DNA of 64,000 bases, taken from NCBI GenBank assembly GCA_028826165.1, contig JAPDFW010000090.1, positions 124,001 through 188,000 on the forward strand, written 5' to 3'. The stretch is from Anaeramoeba ignava BMAN. Lineage: Eukaryota > Protista > Anaeramoebae. How positions within the stretch are numbered: the first letter of the stretch is position 1; the number at the start of each line of letters is the position of its first letter. The position numbers and the translations under genes were made by a program. Below are positions 47,819 through 59,900 of this stretch, piece after piece. The notes below the pieces were generated by a model. The model was given only the letters and a program-made list of their open reading frames with translations, had not been told where the DNA came from and searched no databases.

Positions 47819-49269
47819 ATGAATCCAATTTGTCCTTTTTGTAAAAAGCCAGTTTATTTACTTGATAAACTTGTAATTAATCGGATTACTCTTCACAGAA
47901 AATGTTTAAAGTAAAGAATTAAATTTATAATTAAATTTATAATTATATTTATAATTAAATTTATTATAAAATTTATAATTAAATTTATAATTATATTTAT
48001 TATTATATTTATAATTAAATTTATCTATTAAATTTATAATTAAATTTATCTATTAAATTTATAATTAAATTTACTATTAAATTTATCTATTAAATTTATA
48101 ATTAAATTTATTATAAAATTTACAATTATATTTATTATTAAATTTATAATTATATTTATTATTAAATTTAAAGATGTGAAATTTGCCAAACAAAACTTTC
48201 TGCAATTAATTATCATTCATATGAAGGCAAATTTTATTGTGCAGTTCATAATCCAGTAGCTCCAATAAATGCACCAGTAATTACACCAAGTAAATTATTT
48301 CAAAAATAAATAAAATTCCAAAAATAATTAAAATTCCAAAAATAATTAAAATTCCAAAAATAATTAAAATTCCAAAAATAAAATTCTTCTCTTTAATTAA
48401 TTTAAAAAGAAGAAAAAGGTGATAAAAAAGATGATAAAAAAGATGATAAAAAAGATGATAAAAAAGATGATAAAAAAATTGATAAAAAAATTGATAAAAA
48501 AGATGATATAAAAGATGATATAAAAATTGAAACAAACAATAATTTAGATTCACAAAAAGAAAAGTCAAAATTAACTTCTAAACATCATCATTCATGTAAA
48601 AAAAATATCAAAAATTATAAAAATTAAATTTCCAATTTGAAGAAAAACAGTTTTTGGAATTTAATTGAAAAAATTTTTTTAATTAATTTTTTTTCAAAAA
48701 ATAGATCATCATTCTTCAAAAACACAATCCAAAATTAAATCTCCTTCAAATCATTCTATAAATAAATCAAGTCAATCTAAATCACCAAATCTTTCAAGTA
48801 AAAAAAAAATCCAAATCCAAAAAATCCAAAAAATTAAAAAATTAAAAAATCAAAATTAAAAAATTAATTAGAAGAATCAAACAATCAAAAAACAGAAAGA
48901 AAATCACATGAAAAACATGAATCAAAAAAATCACCAACTCATATTGATAAATTAAAAACAGAAGATATTGATAAATTAAAAACAGAAGATATTGATAAAT
49001 TAAAAAAAGAAAATGAAGATTTAAAAAAACAAATTAAATCACTTAAACAAAAAATTCATGAACTTGAAAAAAATTCAAATTCAAATTCAAATTCAAAAAA
49101 TGAAAATTTAGAAGAAAAAATAAATTCATTACAAAATGAAAATCAAATAATAATTGAAGAAAATGTTTATATTCGAACAAGAAATCAACAATTATTAGAT
49201 ATTATTGAATCTTTAACTGGAAAAAAACCAGAAAATCTTGATACAATGCATATTGAATATTTGAAATGA
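47819..49269 (+). CDS. LIM-domain protein with C-terminal coiled coil; exons 47819-47910, 48174-48289, 48548-48595, 48705-48797, 48872-49269
   Basis: Not in the ORF track. MNPICPFCKKPVYLLDKLVINRITLHRKCLK|CEICQTKLSAINYHSYEGKFYCAVH is a complete LIM zinc-finger pattern. The later exons join in frame to a heptad-rich IDKLKKENEDLKKQIKSLKQKIHELE region. Confidence 0.85.
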
Positions 49270-49429
49270 TTTCAAAAAGAAAACAAAGAAAAAAATTATT
49301 TTGATTTTCATTTTTCAAAGTTAATTTTTTTTTTACAAGAAGAATAATTTATTCATTTCTTCTTTTGTTGAATTTTTTAACTGAAGAAATTTAATTAAAA
49401 TTAATTAATAAAAATAAAAAATAAAAATA

Positions 49430-51685
49430 AATTAAATTAAATTAAAATTAAATTAAATTAAATTAAATTATAAAAGTGGAATAGATTAAATTAAATTAAA
49501 TTAAATTAAATTATAAAAGTGGAATAAAATAAAATAAATTAAATTAAATTATAAAAGTGGAATAGATTAAATTAAATTAAATTATAAAAGTGGAATAAAA
49601 TAAAATAAAATAAATTATAAAAGTGGAATAAATTAAATTAAATTAGATTATAAAAGTGGAATAAAAATAAAATAAATTATAAAGTGGAATAAATTAAATT
49701 AAATTAAATTATAAAAAGTGGAATAAAAATAAAATAAATTAAATTAAATTATAAAAGTGGAATAAAATAAAATAAATTAAATTAAATTAAATTAAATTAA
49801 ATTAAATTAAATAAATTATAAAAAGTGGAATAGATTAAATAAATTATAAAATTGGAATAAAAATAAAATAAATTAAATTAAATTATAAAAGTGGAATAAA
49901 TTAAATTAAATTAAATTATAAAAGTGGAATAAATTAAATTAAATTAAATTAAATTAAATTATAAAAGTGGATTAACCAAAATAAATTAAAAAGTGGAATA
50001 AATTAGATTAAATAAATTCAATTAAATTATAAAAGTGGAATAGATTAAATTAAATTAAAATTAAATTAAATTATAAAAGTGGAATAAATTAAATTATAAA
50101 AGTGGAATAAATTAAATTAAATAAAATAAATTATAAAAAGTGGAATAAATTAAAATAAATTAAATTATAGTGGAATAAATTAAATTAAATTAAAATAAAT
50201 TATAAAAGTGGATTAAAAATAAAATAAATTAAATTAAATTATAAAAGTGGAATAAATTAAATTAAATTAAAATAAATTATAAAAGTGATTAAAAAAAAAT
50301 AAAGAAAAATTAAATTTGGAATAAATTAAAAGTGGAATAGATTAAATTAAATTAAATTAAATTAAATTAAATTAAATTAAATTATAAAAAGTGGAATAAA
50401 TTAAATTAAATTAATTTTTGGAATAAAATAAATTAAATTAAATTATAAAAGTGGAATAGATTAAATTAGAATAAATTAAATTAACAAATTAATTAATAAA
50501 AATAAAAATAAATTAAATTAAATTAAATTATAAAGTGGAATAGATTAAATTAAATTAAATTAAATTATAAAAAGTGGAATAAATTAAATTAAATTAAATT
50601 AAATTATAAAAGTGGAATAGATTAAATAAATTAAATTAAATTAAATTAAATTAAATTAAATTAAATTAAATTATAAAGTGGAATAGATTAAAATAAATTA
50701 AATTAAATTAAATTAAATTATAAAAAAAGTGGAATAAATTAAATTAAATTAAATTAAAATTAAATTATAAAGTGGAATAAATTAAATTAAATTAAATAAA
50801 TTAAATTATAAAAAGTGGAATAAATTAAATTAAATTAAATTAAATTAAATTATAAAAGTGGAATAAATTAAATTAAATTAAATTAAATTAAATTATAAAA
50901 GTGGAATAAATTAAATTATAAAAGTGGAATAGATTAAATTAAATTATAAAAGTGGAATAAATAAAATAAATTAAATTAAATTAAATTAAATTAAATTAAA
51001 TTAAATTAAATTAAATTAAATAAATTATAAAAAGTGGAATAAATTAAAATAAATTAAATTAAATTATAAAAGTGGAATAAAATAAATTAAATTATAAAAA
51101 GTGGAATAGATTAAAATAAATTAAATTATAAAAGTGGAATAAATTAAATTAAAATAAATTATAAAAGTGGAATAGATTAAATTATAAAAGTGGAATAGAT
51201 TAAAAATAAATTAAATTAAATAAAAATTAAATTATAAAAAGTGGAATAGATTAAAAATAAATTAAATTATAAAAGTGGAATAAATTAAATTAAAAATAAA
51301 TTATAAAAAGTGGAATAGATTAAATTATAAAAGTGGAATAGATTAAAAATAAATTAAATTAAATTAAATTATAAAAGTGGAATAAATTAAATTAAAATAA
51401 ATTATAAAAAAGTGGAATATTGAATAAATTAAATTAAATTAAATTAAATTATAAAAAGTGGAATAAAATAAAATAAATTAAATTAAATTATAAAAAGTGG
51501 AATAAATTAAATTAAATTAAATTAAATTAAATTAAATTATAAAAAGTGGAATAAATTAAATTAAATTAAATTAAATTAAATTATAAAAGTGGAATAAATT
51601 AAATTAAATTAAATTAAATAAATTATAAAAAGTGGATTAAATTATAAAAGTGGAATAAATTAAATTAGATTAAATTAAATTAATA
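49430..51685. repeat. Intergenic compound satellite: conserved core TTATAAAAGTGGAATA separated by variable (AAATT)n runs
   Basis: Roughly 65-75 copies of the core by estimate, with spacer length varying by pentamer number. Confidence 0.92.
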
Positions 51686-52012
51686 ATTTGAAAGAAATGA
51701 TTAATAATTATTAAAAAAAATTATTAATTTTATTTTTTTTTTTTGCTATTTAAAAAACAAAAACAAAAAAAAAAGAAATTTAGGGATAAAGAAAAATAAA
51801 TAAGAAATTAAATAAAAAAAAAAAAACATTTTTAATAAATAAAAAGATCAAAATTATTTTTTTTTTCAATTCATTTTTTTTTCATTTTTTTTTTTCAATT
51901 TTATTTTTCTTTCTTTATTTATTTCTTTTTCCACAAAAAACAAAAACAAAAAACAAAAACAGAAAAAGAAAAAGATTAAATTAAATAAAATTAAATTAAA
52001 TTTAAAAAAACA

Positions 52013-55000
52013 ATGTCAAATCAATCAAAAAAACCAAAAGCAATACAAAGATTTTTAACAAAAAAAAAATTAGAAAAAGAAGCCGAAAAAGAAGAAGAAG
52101 AAAAAGAAATAAAACAAAAAGAAGAAATAAAACAAAAAAAACAAGAATCACCATTTTATAAAAAAGAAATAAATAAAACAAACAATTTTAAATCAAATTC
52201 AAATTCAAATTTAAAATCAAATTTAAGTTCAAGTCCAAAAAATAAAAAGAAAAAAAATTCGAAAATTCAAAAAATTAATTCAGTTGGAAAATTAAAAAAA
52301 TCAAAATCATTTAGTCCTCAAGAAAGAATGAGAAAAAAATTTGAAATAACAAAAATAAAATCAGAAAAATTAAGTCAAACTTCAATTCATGTTGACACTT
52401 CAATTCCTTTTTCAAATTCCGTTAAAAAAAGTGTCAAAAAAAAACAAAAAGATAGAAAATCAACTCCTATTCCTATTTCTAAACTTAAAAGACAATCTGT
52501 TTCTAGATTGAGGAATTCAAAAGGTTATGATCAAAAACTAGCTAAATCTCCTCTTTCTCATGATAACTCAAGAGATGGTATTATTAATCAAATTGGAATT
52601 GAAGAAGAATTATTTTCTCAAGATTTAAAAACTTTTACAAATGTAATTTTCAAATTCAAATTCAATTTTAATTTCAAATTCAATTTCTATTTCAAATCAA
52701 TTTAAATTTTAATTTCAAATTCAAATTCAAATTCAATTTCAATTTCAATTTCAAAATTAATTTCAATTTCAATTTCAAAATTAATTTCAATTTCAATTTT
52801 AATTTCAATTTCAATTTCAATTTCTAAATCAATTTCAATTTTAATTTCAATTTCAATTTCAAAATCAATTTCAAAATCAATTTCAATTTCAAAATCAAAT
52901 TCAAATTCAAAATCAAAATCAATTTTAATTTCAATTTCAATTTTAATTTCAATTTCAATTTCAAAATCAATTTCAAAATCAATTTCAATTTCAAAATCAA
53001 ATTCAAATTCAAAATCAAAATCAATTTTAATTTCAATTTCAATTTCAAAATCAAAATAAATTTCAATTTTAATTTCAATTTCAATTTCAAATTTAAAACC
53101 AATTTAAATTTTAATTTCAATTTCAATTTCAAAATAAATTTCTAAATCAATTTCAAATTTAAAACCAATTTAAATTTTAATTTCAATTTCAATTTTAATT
53201 TCAATTTCAATTTCAATTTCAATTTCAATTTCAATTTCAAATTCAATTTCAAAATAAATTTCAAAATCAATTTCAAATTCAAATTCAATTTAAATTTCAA
53301 TTTCTAAATCAATTTCAATTTTAATTTCAATTTCAATTTCAATTTCAATTTCAAAATTAATTTCAATTTCAATTTCAATTTCTAAATCAATTTCAATTTT
53401 AATTTCAATTTCAATTTCAAAATCAATTTCAAAATCAATTTCAATTTCAAAATCAAATTCAAATTCAAAATCAAAATCAATTTTAATTTCAATTTCAATT
53501 TCAAAATCAAAATAAATTTCAATTTTAATTTCAATTTCAATTTCAAATTTAAAACCAATTTAAATTTTAATTTCAATTTCAATTTCAAAATAAATTTCTA
53601 AATCAATTTCAAATTTAAAACCAATTTAAATTTTAATTTCAATTTCAATTTTAATTTCAATTTCAATTTCAATTTCAATTTCAATTTCAATTTCAAATTC
53701 AATTTCAAAATAAATTTCAAAATCAATTTCAAATTCAAATTCAATTTAAATTTCAATTTCTAAATCAATTTCAAATTCAATTTCAATTTCAATTTCAATT
53801 TCAATTTCAATTTCAATTTCAATTTCAAATTCAAATTCAATTTCAATTTCAATTTCAATTTCAATTTCAAAATCAAATTCAATTTTAATTTCAAAATCAA
53901 TTTCAATTTCAATATCAAATTCAATTTCAAAATCAAATTCAAATTCAAATTCAATTTCAATTTCGAAATTAATTTCTAAATCAATTTCAAATTTAAAACC
54001 AATTTAAATTTCAATTTTAATTTTAAAATAAATTTAAATTTAAATTTTAAATCAATTTCAAAACCAATTTAAATTTTAATTTCAAAATCAATTTTAATTT
54101 CAATTTAAATTTTAATTTCAATTTCAATTTCAATTTCAATTTCAATTTTAATTTCAAAATCAAAATCAATTTCAAAATCAATTTCAATTTCTAAATCAAA
54201 TTCAATTTTAATTTCAATTTCAAAATTCAAATTCAAATTCAAATTCAAATTCAAATTCAAATTCAATTTCAATTTCAAATTCAATTTCAATTTCAATTTC
54301 AAATTTCAAAATCAAAATCAAAATCAATTTCAATTTTAAAATAAATTTAATTTCAAATTTAATTTCAATTCCAAAAATCAAATTCAAAAATTAAAATAAA
54401 ATTTAATATATTCTAAAATATATTTTGGTGTAGATTTGGAAAAAATACTTCCAACAAAATCTAACGATAAAAGAAACTTCACTAGAACAAGTATTTGAAC
54501 TAGCAAATCAACTTATAGAACAACAACAAAAATTCGCACAAAGAATTTCAACATCAACAACACAAAACATCTTTAATCGAAATCAACTTTCTGAAATATT
54601 CACAATTATTGATCTCGAATTATACAAAAAATGGTTGAGCCAATTCAAACAAAATATTCAAACAATTTTTCAATTTGATCGAGAAAATTTAGAAATCAAT
54701 AGTTTGTTGAAAAAATTCCAAAATGAAAGTTCAGGAATGGATTTCTATTATTATTTATCACGACCATTGGAAATGATTGAAAATTATTGCGCTTTTTTAC
54801 ATCAATTAATGAATTTGGAACAGAATAAACCAATATCAGAATTTTCAAAGTTCAAATCGCTTTTGGAAAAATTCGAAAAAATTCAGGAAGAATTTAGTTC
54901 AGAATTTTTTGTTTTCCAACAATATGCATCTTGTTCAAGAATTGAAAAACAATTGGAAAACATCTCAATTAAATTATTCCATCCACAACGCTATTTAAAT

Positions 55001-56502
55001 TCAGAAGGAAAATTTCGAAGGGTTTCAAGAACAAAAAATTATGATGCAAAATACTTCATGTTTAACGACTTTTTATTGCTTGGAAAACGCAAAAAAAACC
55101 GACAATTAACATTCAATACAACGCTATTTTATAACAAATGCAAAATTCGAGATTTGCCTGATGATGATTCAGGTGAAATTCAACATGCGGTCGAATTTTT
55201 GGTGGAGGATGATCCCGACCGTTTTATTTTTTGTTTTGGAGAAGAAGATGATAAAACCCAGTTCTGGGAAGATTTGACAGAAAAATTGAAGGTGGAAATT
55301 TCAGACTCAAATAAAGTATCAAAATCAAAAGAAGAAATTATTAACAAAAGAAAAGAACTTTCTGCACTTGTTGGAGTGAATCAGAAAATTTCAACCGAAA
55401 ATATCGAGTTATTTCACGCAGAAAAAACAGACATGCAACAAAGAACAAATGTTATCATGGAGTTGGTTCAAACGGAGGAGCAATATAATAAGGATTTGGA
55501 AGTTATTATTGAAAATTATTTAAAACCCCTTAAACAAAAATCAATTGTGAATGAGAAGGATATTCGGGCGATGTTTTCCGTTATAACGGAAATATATGGA
55601 TTGAATCAGCAGATATTACAGTCATTAAAACAGGAATATCCCGGTGAAAATGATGAGGCGGGAAAAATGAATGTGGGGAAAATTTTTATGCAATATGTTA
55701 ATTTCCTCAAAATTTACACTCAATATTGCGCAAATCATTCGCAATCAATGAATATAGTTGCCAAATACAGCAAAAAGGATTCCTTTGAGAATTTTCTTCA
55801 ACACCAAAAGGAAACCATCCCAGAATGCAAGGGACTTGGTGTGCTTGATTTTTTAATAAAGCCAATTCAACGTATTTGCAAATATCCACTTTTATTCAAA
55901 GAATTATTAAAAAGCACAAATCAAACATATTCGGATTATCAAGATTTGGCTCAAGCTTATCAGGCGCTTTATGGCGTTGCTGCGTATGTTAATGAAAAGA
56001 AAAGATCTGCTGAACAATCAATGGTTCTTGTCGGGATTTACTCAACTCTTTCAGGAATCCCGAAATCATTCGAGTTTGTTCATCCAACTCGTCATTTTAT
56101 TCAAAATGCGGTTTTGAAAAAAAAATCTGTTAAAAGAGTTCAAGAAAGAAATTTTTGGCTTTTTAATGATGTTATTGTTTATGCAAAATCTTCATGGAGC
56201 TCTAAAAAGAAAAAGTATCAATATAAGGGTCATTTGTGTCTTGCTGAAGCTTTAATAAGAGATTTATCGAGTGAAGGTGATTAAAATTAATTTATAAAAT
56301 TATAAAATTTATTTATAAAATTTATTTATAAAATTTATTTATAAAATTCTTAGACCATTCTTTTCAATTAATCCCTTTTGGTTCTAAAAAAGGTTATACA
56401 ATTTATTGTGATAATGAAGAACAGAAAATTGATTGGATTAATAAAATTAAAGATCAAATTACAAGATTAGCTGAACTTGGAATTAAACCTTCTTTAAAAT
56501 AA
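52013..56502 (+). CDS. Dbl-family RhoGEF with tandem DH-PH modules; exons 52013-52642, 54434-56276, 56354-56502
   Basis: Canonical DH RTNVIMELVQTEEQYNKDL...FLIKPIQRICKYPLLFKELLK.T followed by PH ERNFWLFNDVIVY...KIDWINKI. An upstream degenerate DH (YYLSRPLEMIENY) has its own PH (YFMFNDFLLL). The N-terminus is basic and Ser-rich. Confidence 0.9.
52643..54433 (+). repeat. RhoGEF intron 1 filled with (TTTCAA)n-type hexamer repeats including a higher-order duplication
   Basis: Tandem atttca/aattca/aaatca units. Blocks near 52824-53330 and 53382-53770 are near-copies. Confidence 0.88.
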
Positions 56503-56724
56503 CTTTAAAATAACTTTAAAATAACTTTAAAATAACTTTAAAATAACTTTAAAATAACTTTAAAATAATTTTAAAATAACTTTAAAATAACTTTAAAATA
56601 ATTTTAAAATAACTTTAAAATAACTTTAAAATAACTTTAAAATAACTTTAAAATAACTTTAAAATAACTTTAAAATAACTTTAAAATAACTTTAAAATAA
56701 CTTTAAAATAACTTTAAAATAACT
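56492..56724 (+). repeat. 11-bp tandem repeat (CTTTAAAATAA)n whose first unit contains the RhoGEF stop codon
   Basis: About 21 nearly perfect copies. Confidence 0.92.
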
Positions 56725-56980
56725 TTTTTTTTTAATTCTTCCTCAAGTTGGGATTGTAATATTTCTTCTTCAAAATTTAAACAAAAAATCAAATTAACAA
56801 AAATTCCTTTTTTTTTTTAAGTTGAACTAGCAAAATAAAAAGTAAAATAAAAATTCCACTTTATCTTTATTTTTATTTTTATTTTTATTTTTATTTTTAT
56901 TTTTAATTTTGAAATAATTTATGTTGTTTTTTTAACAAAAAAATTAAAAATTTTTCTTTTTTTTTTTTTTAAATTAATTG

Positions 56981-59900
56981 TTATTTAAATTTTTCTGCAT
57001 GAACCAATTTTGATTGCCAAAAAATTTTAATTGAATGATCAGAATCCCAAGTCAAACTAAGATTTCTCAAAATATTTCCCATTTTAGTTTTTGGATGAAG
57101 TTGCATTCTTGAAACTTGTTGGTCTGGAGTAAGTTTATGATATTGTTCCAAATCAGTTGATCTAACGGATTTAAGCAACAATTTTGAAGAATGAAAAAGA
57201 GAAGAAGTAAGTTTCCAAATTCGAAGAGTATTTTCTTTATGAGAATAAGAAGCAATAAATTTCCCACTTGGATTGAATTGGATTGCAGAAACGGATCTTT
57301 TATGACCAGAAAATTTATAATGAGCGTCTCTTTTTATATCAAAAATACCGAATCCGCCTGATTGCAATCCAACAATAATCCGCGAATTACTTGAGTTGTA
57401 ATCGATCATTGGAAATGTTTTTGTGATTGTGTTGAGAATTTTTGTTGATTGTGCATCCAATCCTTTGTTCTCTTCTCCATCCCCTGAAAAAAAAGCCAAA
57501 CAAATAATTTTCAACATATCAATCAATTTTTTCAACAAACAAACTGGGGATTCCTGAATGATATCAAGAAGAGTTGAGTAGAATAATTTCTTGGGTTCGA
57601 TTCCAAGTTCTGGTCTTGTCATTTCCTTTCGAAATCCAACAAAAAAAAGGTTTGGGTTTATTTTTCCAATTAAAAACAACGATTTTTTGGATTCTTTTTG
57701 GATTCGGTTGTTTTCTGAAAAACAAGCAAGTGAGATCATATTTCTAATTGCCAAAGTTGCCTCTTCAGAATGTCTCTTCCAAATTTTAAATCCTCTTCCA
57801 ATCAAACGAATAGAAATCGCTGAACGAATGTTGGATTCTTCCATGGATTCCAGCAAATTTGATAAAATTCGTTTTGATAAATATTTGCTGAGTGAATCCG
57901 GATAATTCACTGATAAATAAGCAAGAATTAAAAATCCATCAAGTTTATTGCTTGTTGATATTGTTTTTTGGATTCGAATTTCCCATTCATTTGCAATTTC
58001 TTTGCGTTCCACTGGATTTAAATGATCCAAATAATTCCCAATAATAACCTCAGCTGCTTGCTGTATTTCTTCATGAGAAACTTGCCAAAATTTAGATAGA
58101 AAACTCAATGAAGGTTTATGATAATTTTCCAATTTTTTGGGAATAAATTCGCAAAAATTCGCAATTAATTCGTTTCCAATGCTTTGGAATTTCAGATATG
58201 TTGATTGTGTAAGTGCATGTCCAATTGCTACACAAAATAAAACTGTCATTGCTGTTATTGTCGGTGAAATTTTCCACTTCAAAAATAAATATTCCATTTT
58301 GGGTGAAAATATTGAGATTGCATTTGAATTTCCAAAAATACATAATGATGTTTGTGTGCTTTCTGGTTTAACTATTCCTAATCGATTTCCGAGTAGATCG
58401 TCTAAATTATCCAAGACACCCCAAGGTATAAACAAAGATAAGAAATGAAGAATATCAACTTCAGCAAGATTCTTTTTAAAAAATATAAATATAAATATAA
58501 ATATTTTTAAATTTAATTAATTGAATATAAATTTTAATTTTACAATTTCTTCAATAAATTCCATTTCTCGTAAATAATTGCACAACTCTGGTATATTAAT
58601 AATTAATCCATGTGTTTGTGAAAATTGATAATTCATTAAAAATCCATTTGTTGGTTGTTTTCTATTCTCTTTATCGAAAATTAATCCTTGAAATTCCAAT
58701 TCAGTATATTGATCTCCAATTAACGAAACTTGAAGGTTTGATTGATTTTCAGAAATAATACGATCCAACTTTCCCGAATCTATTCTCCATAAATACATTT
58801 CCTTTTCATGAGTTTCAACAGCTAAATATTTTCCATTTTTTTCAATAAAAATTCTTTGAATCGGAGAAGGATGACCAAGAATAAACTTCATTTCAAGACA
58901 ATCAAGATCATAAATAATAATTGTTTGATTTTCAGCAACTCCACAAAATAATTGATGTTGTTCTCCTGATCTTATCAAATCAAACAAGGCAAATATTGGT
59001 GAAGAATGATACTGAATAGTTGTAACTTGCTTATTATCGTCCATATCCCATATTCTTATTGTTAAATCACGTGATGCTGAGACTAAAATATTGTTGTAGT
59101 TTTTTGGTGAAAGTAAAGCGGTAATTTCTGAAGAATGCCCAACAAGTTTTGTTATTTTGGATTGATTAGAATGAGTTAAAACAATTGGCTGGATAACAAT
59201 ATCTCCAGTATTGTATCCATCTATAATATATGAAGGAAAAGAGCTTGAATCAGAGATGATATAGTTACATGTTACAAATGGTGTATTTTCATCATTTAAC
59301 ATCCATCCATCTGAAAAAGATGAAATGATACTTGGCGAACTTAAAATTTCATTTGAAATTTCATTTGAATTTTCATTTAATTTTTCATTTAAATTTTCAT
59401 TTGAATTTTCATTTGAATTTTCATTTTGATTTGATTTTCTTAATGTTTCATCTATTTTGTCGTGATCCCAAAAATAAATTTTCCCAAGACTTGTCCCACA
59501 AACAAAGTGAAACTCTGGATCTTCAAAAATATTTGATGATATTGGGAAATCAAAATTATAAATTTGTGATTTTGTTTGATTTGAAAAATCAGTCAATTTA
59601 AAAAGAGCAATTCGTTTAACATTTTTGATAATCAAATCCTCATGAAACGAGTGATTTTTCTTTGTTTTTTTGGTACGATGTTCAAGTTGTATTTTTCTTA
59701 TTTTCTTTTGATCGATTGCATCCATTACGAATTCAATCAATTCAAAATCTTCCTTATCAACTGTTTTTTGATTTTCATCATCTGTTAAATCATCTTTTTT
59801 AATTTCTTCCTCTAAACATGATTCAAGATTTGGGAAGTTTTTCATTGCATTTTGATTCAAATAAATGCGATAAATTCCAACATCTCCAGTATCACAAGAC

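Noticed and set aside
49430-51685. CRISPR-like repeat-spacer array
   Set aside because: The spacers are only (AAATT)n runs, not unique sequences. There are no cas genes and the context is eukaryotic.
52824-54302. LKLK ORFs (likewise the MLINNIPK ORF at 62828-63073)
   Set aside because: Pure tandem-repeat translations.
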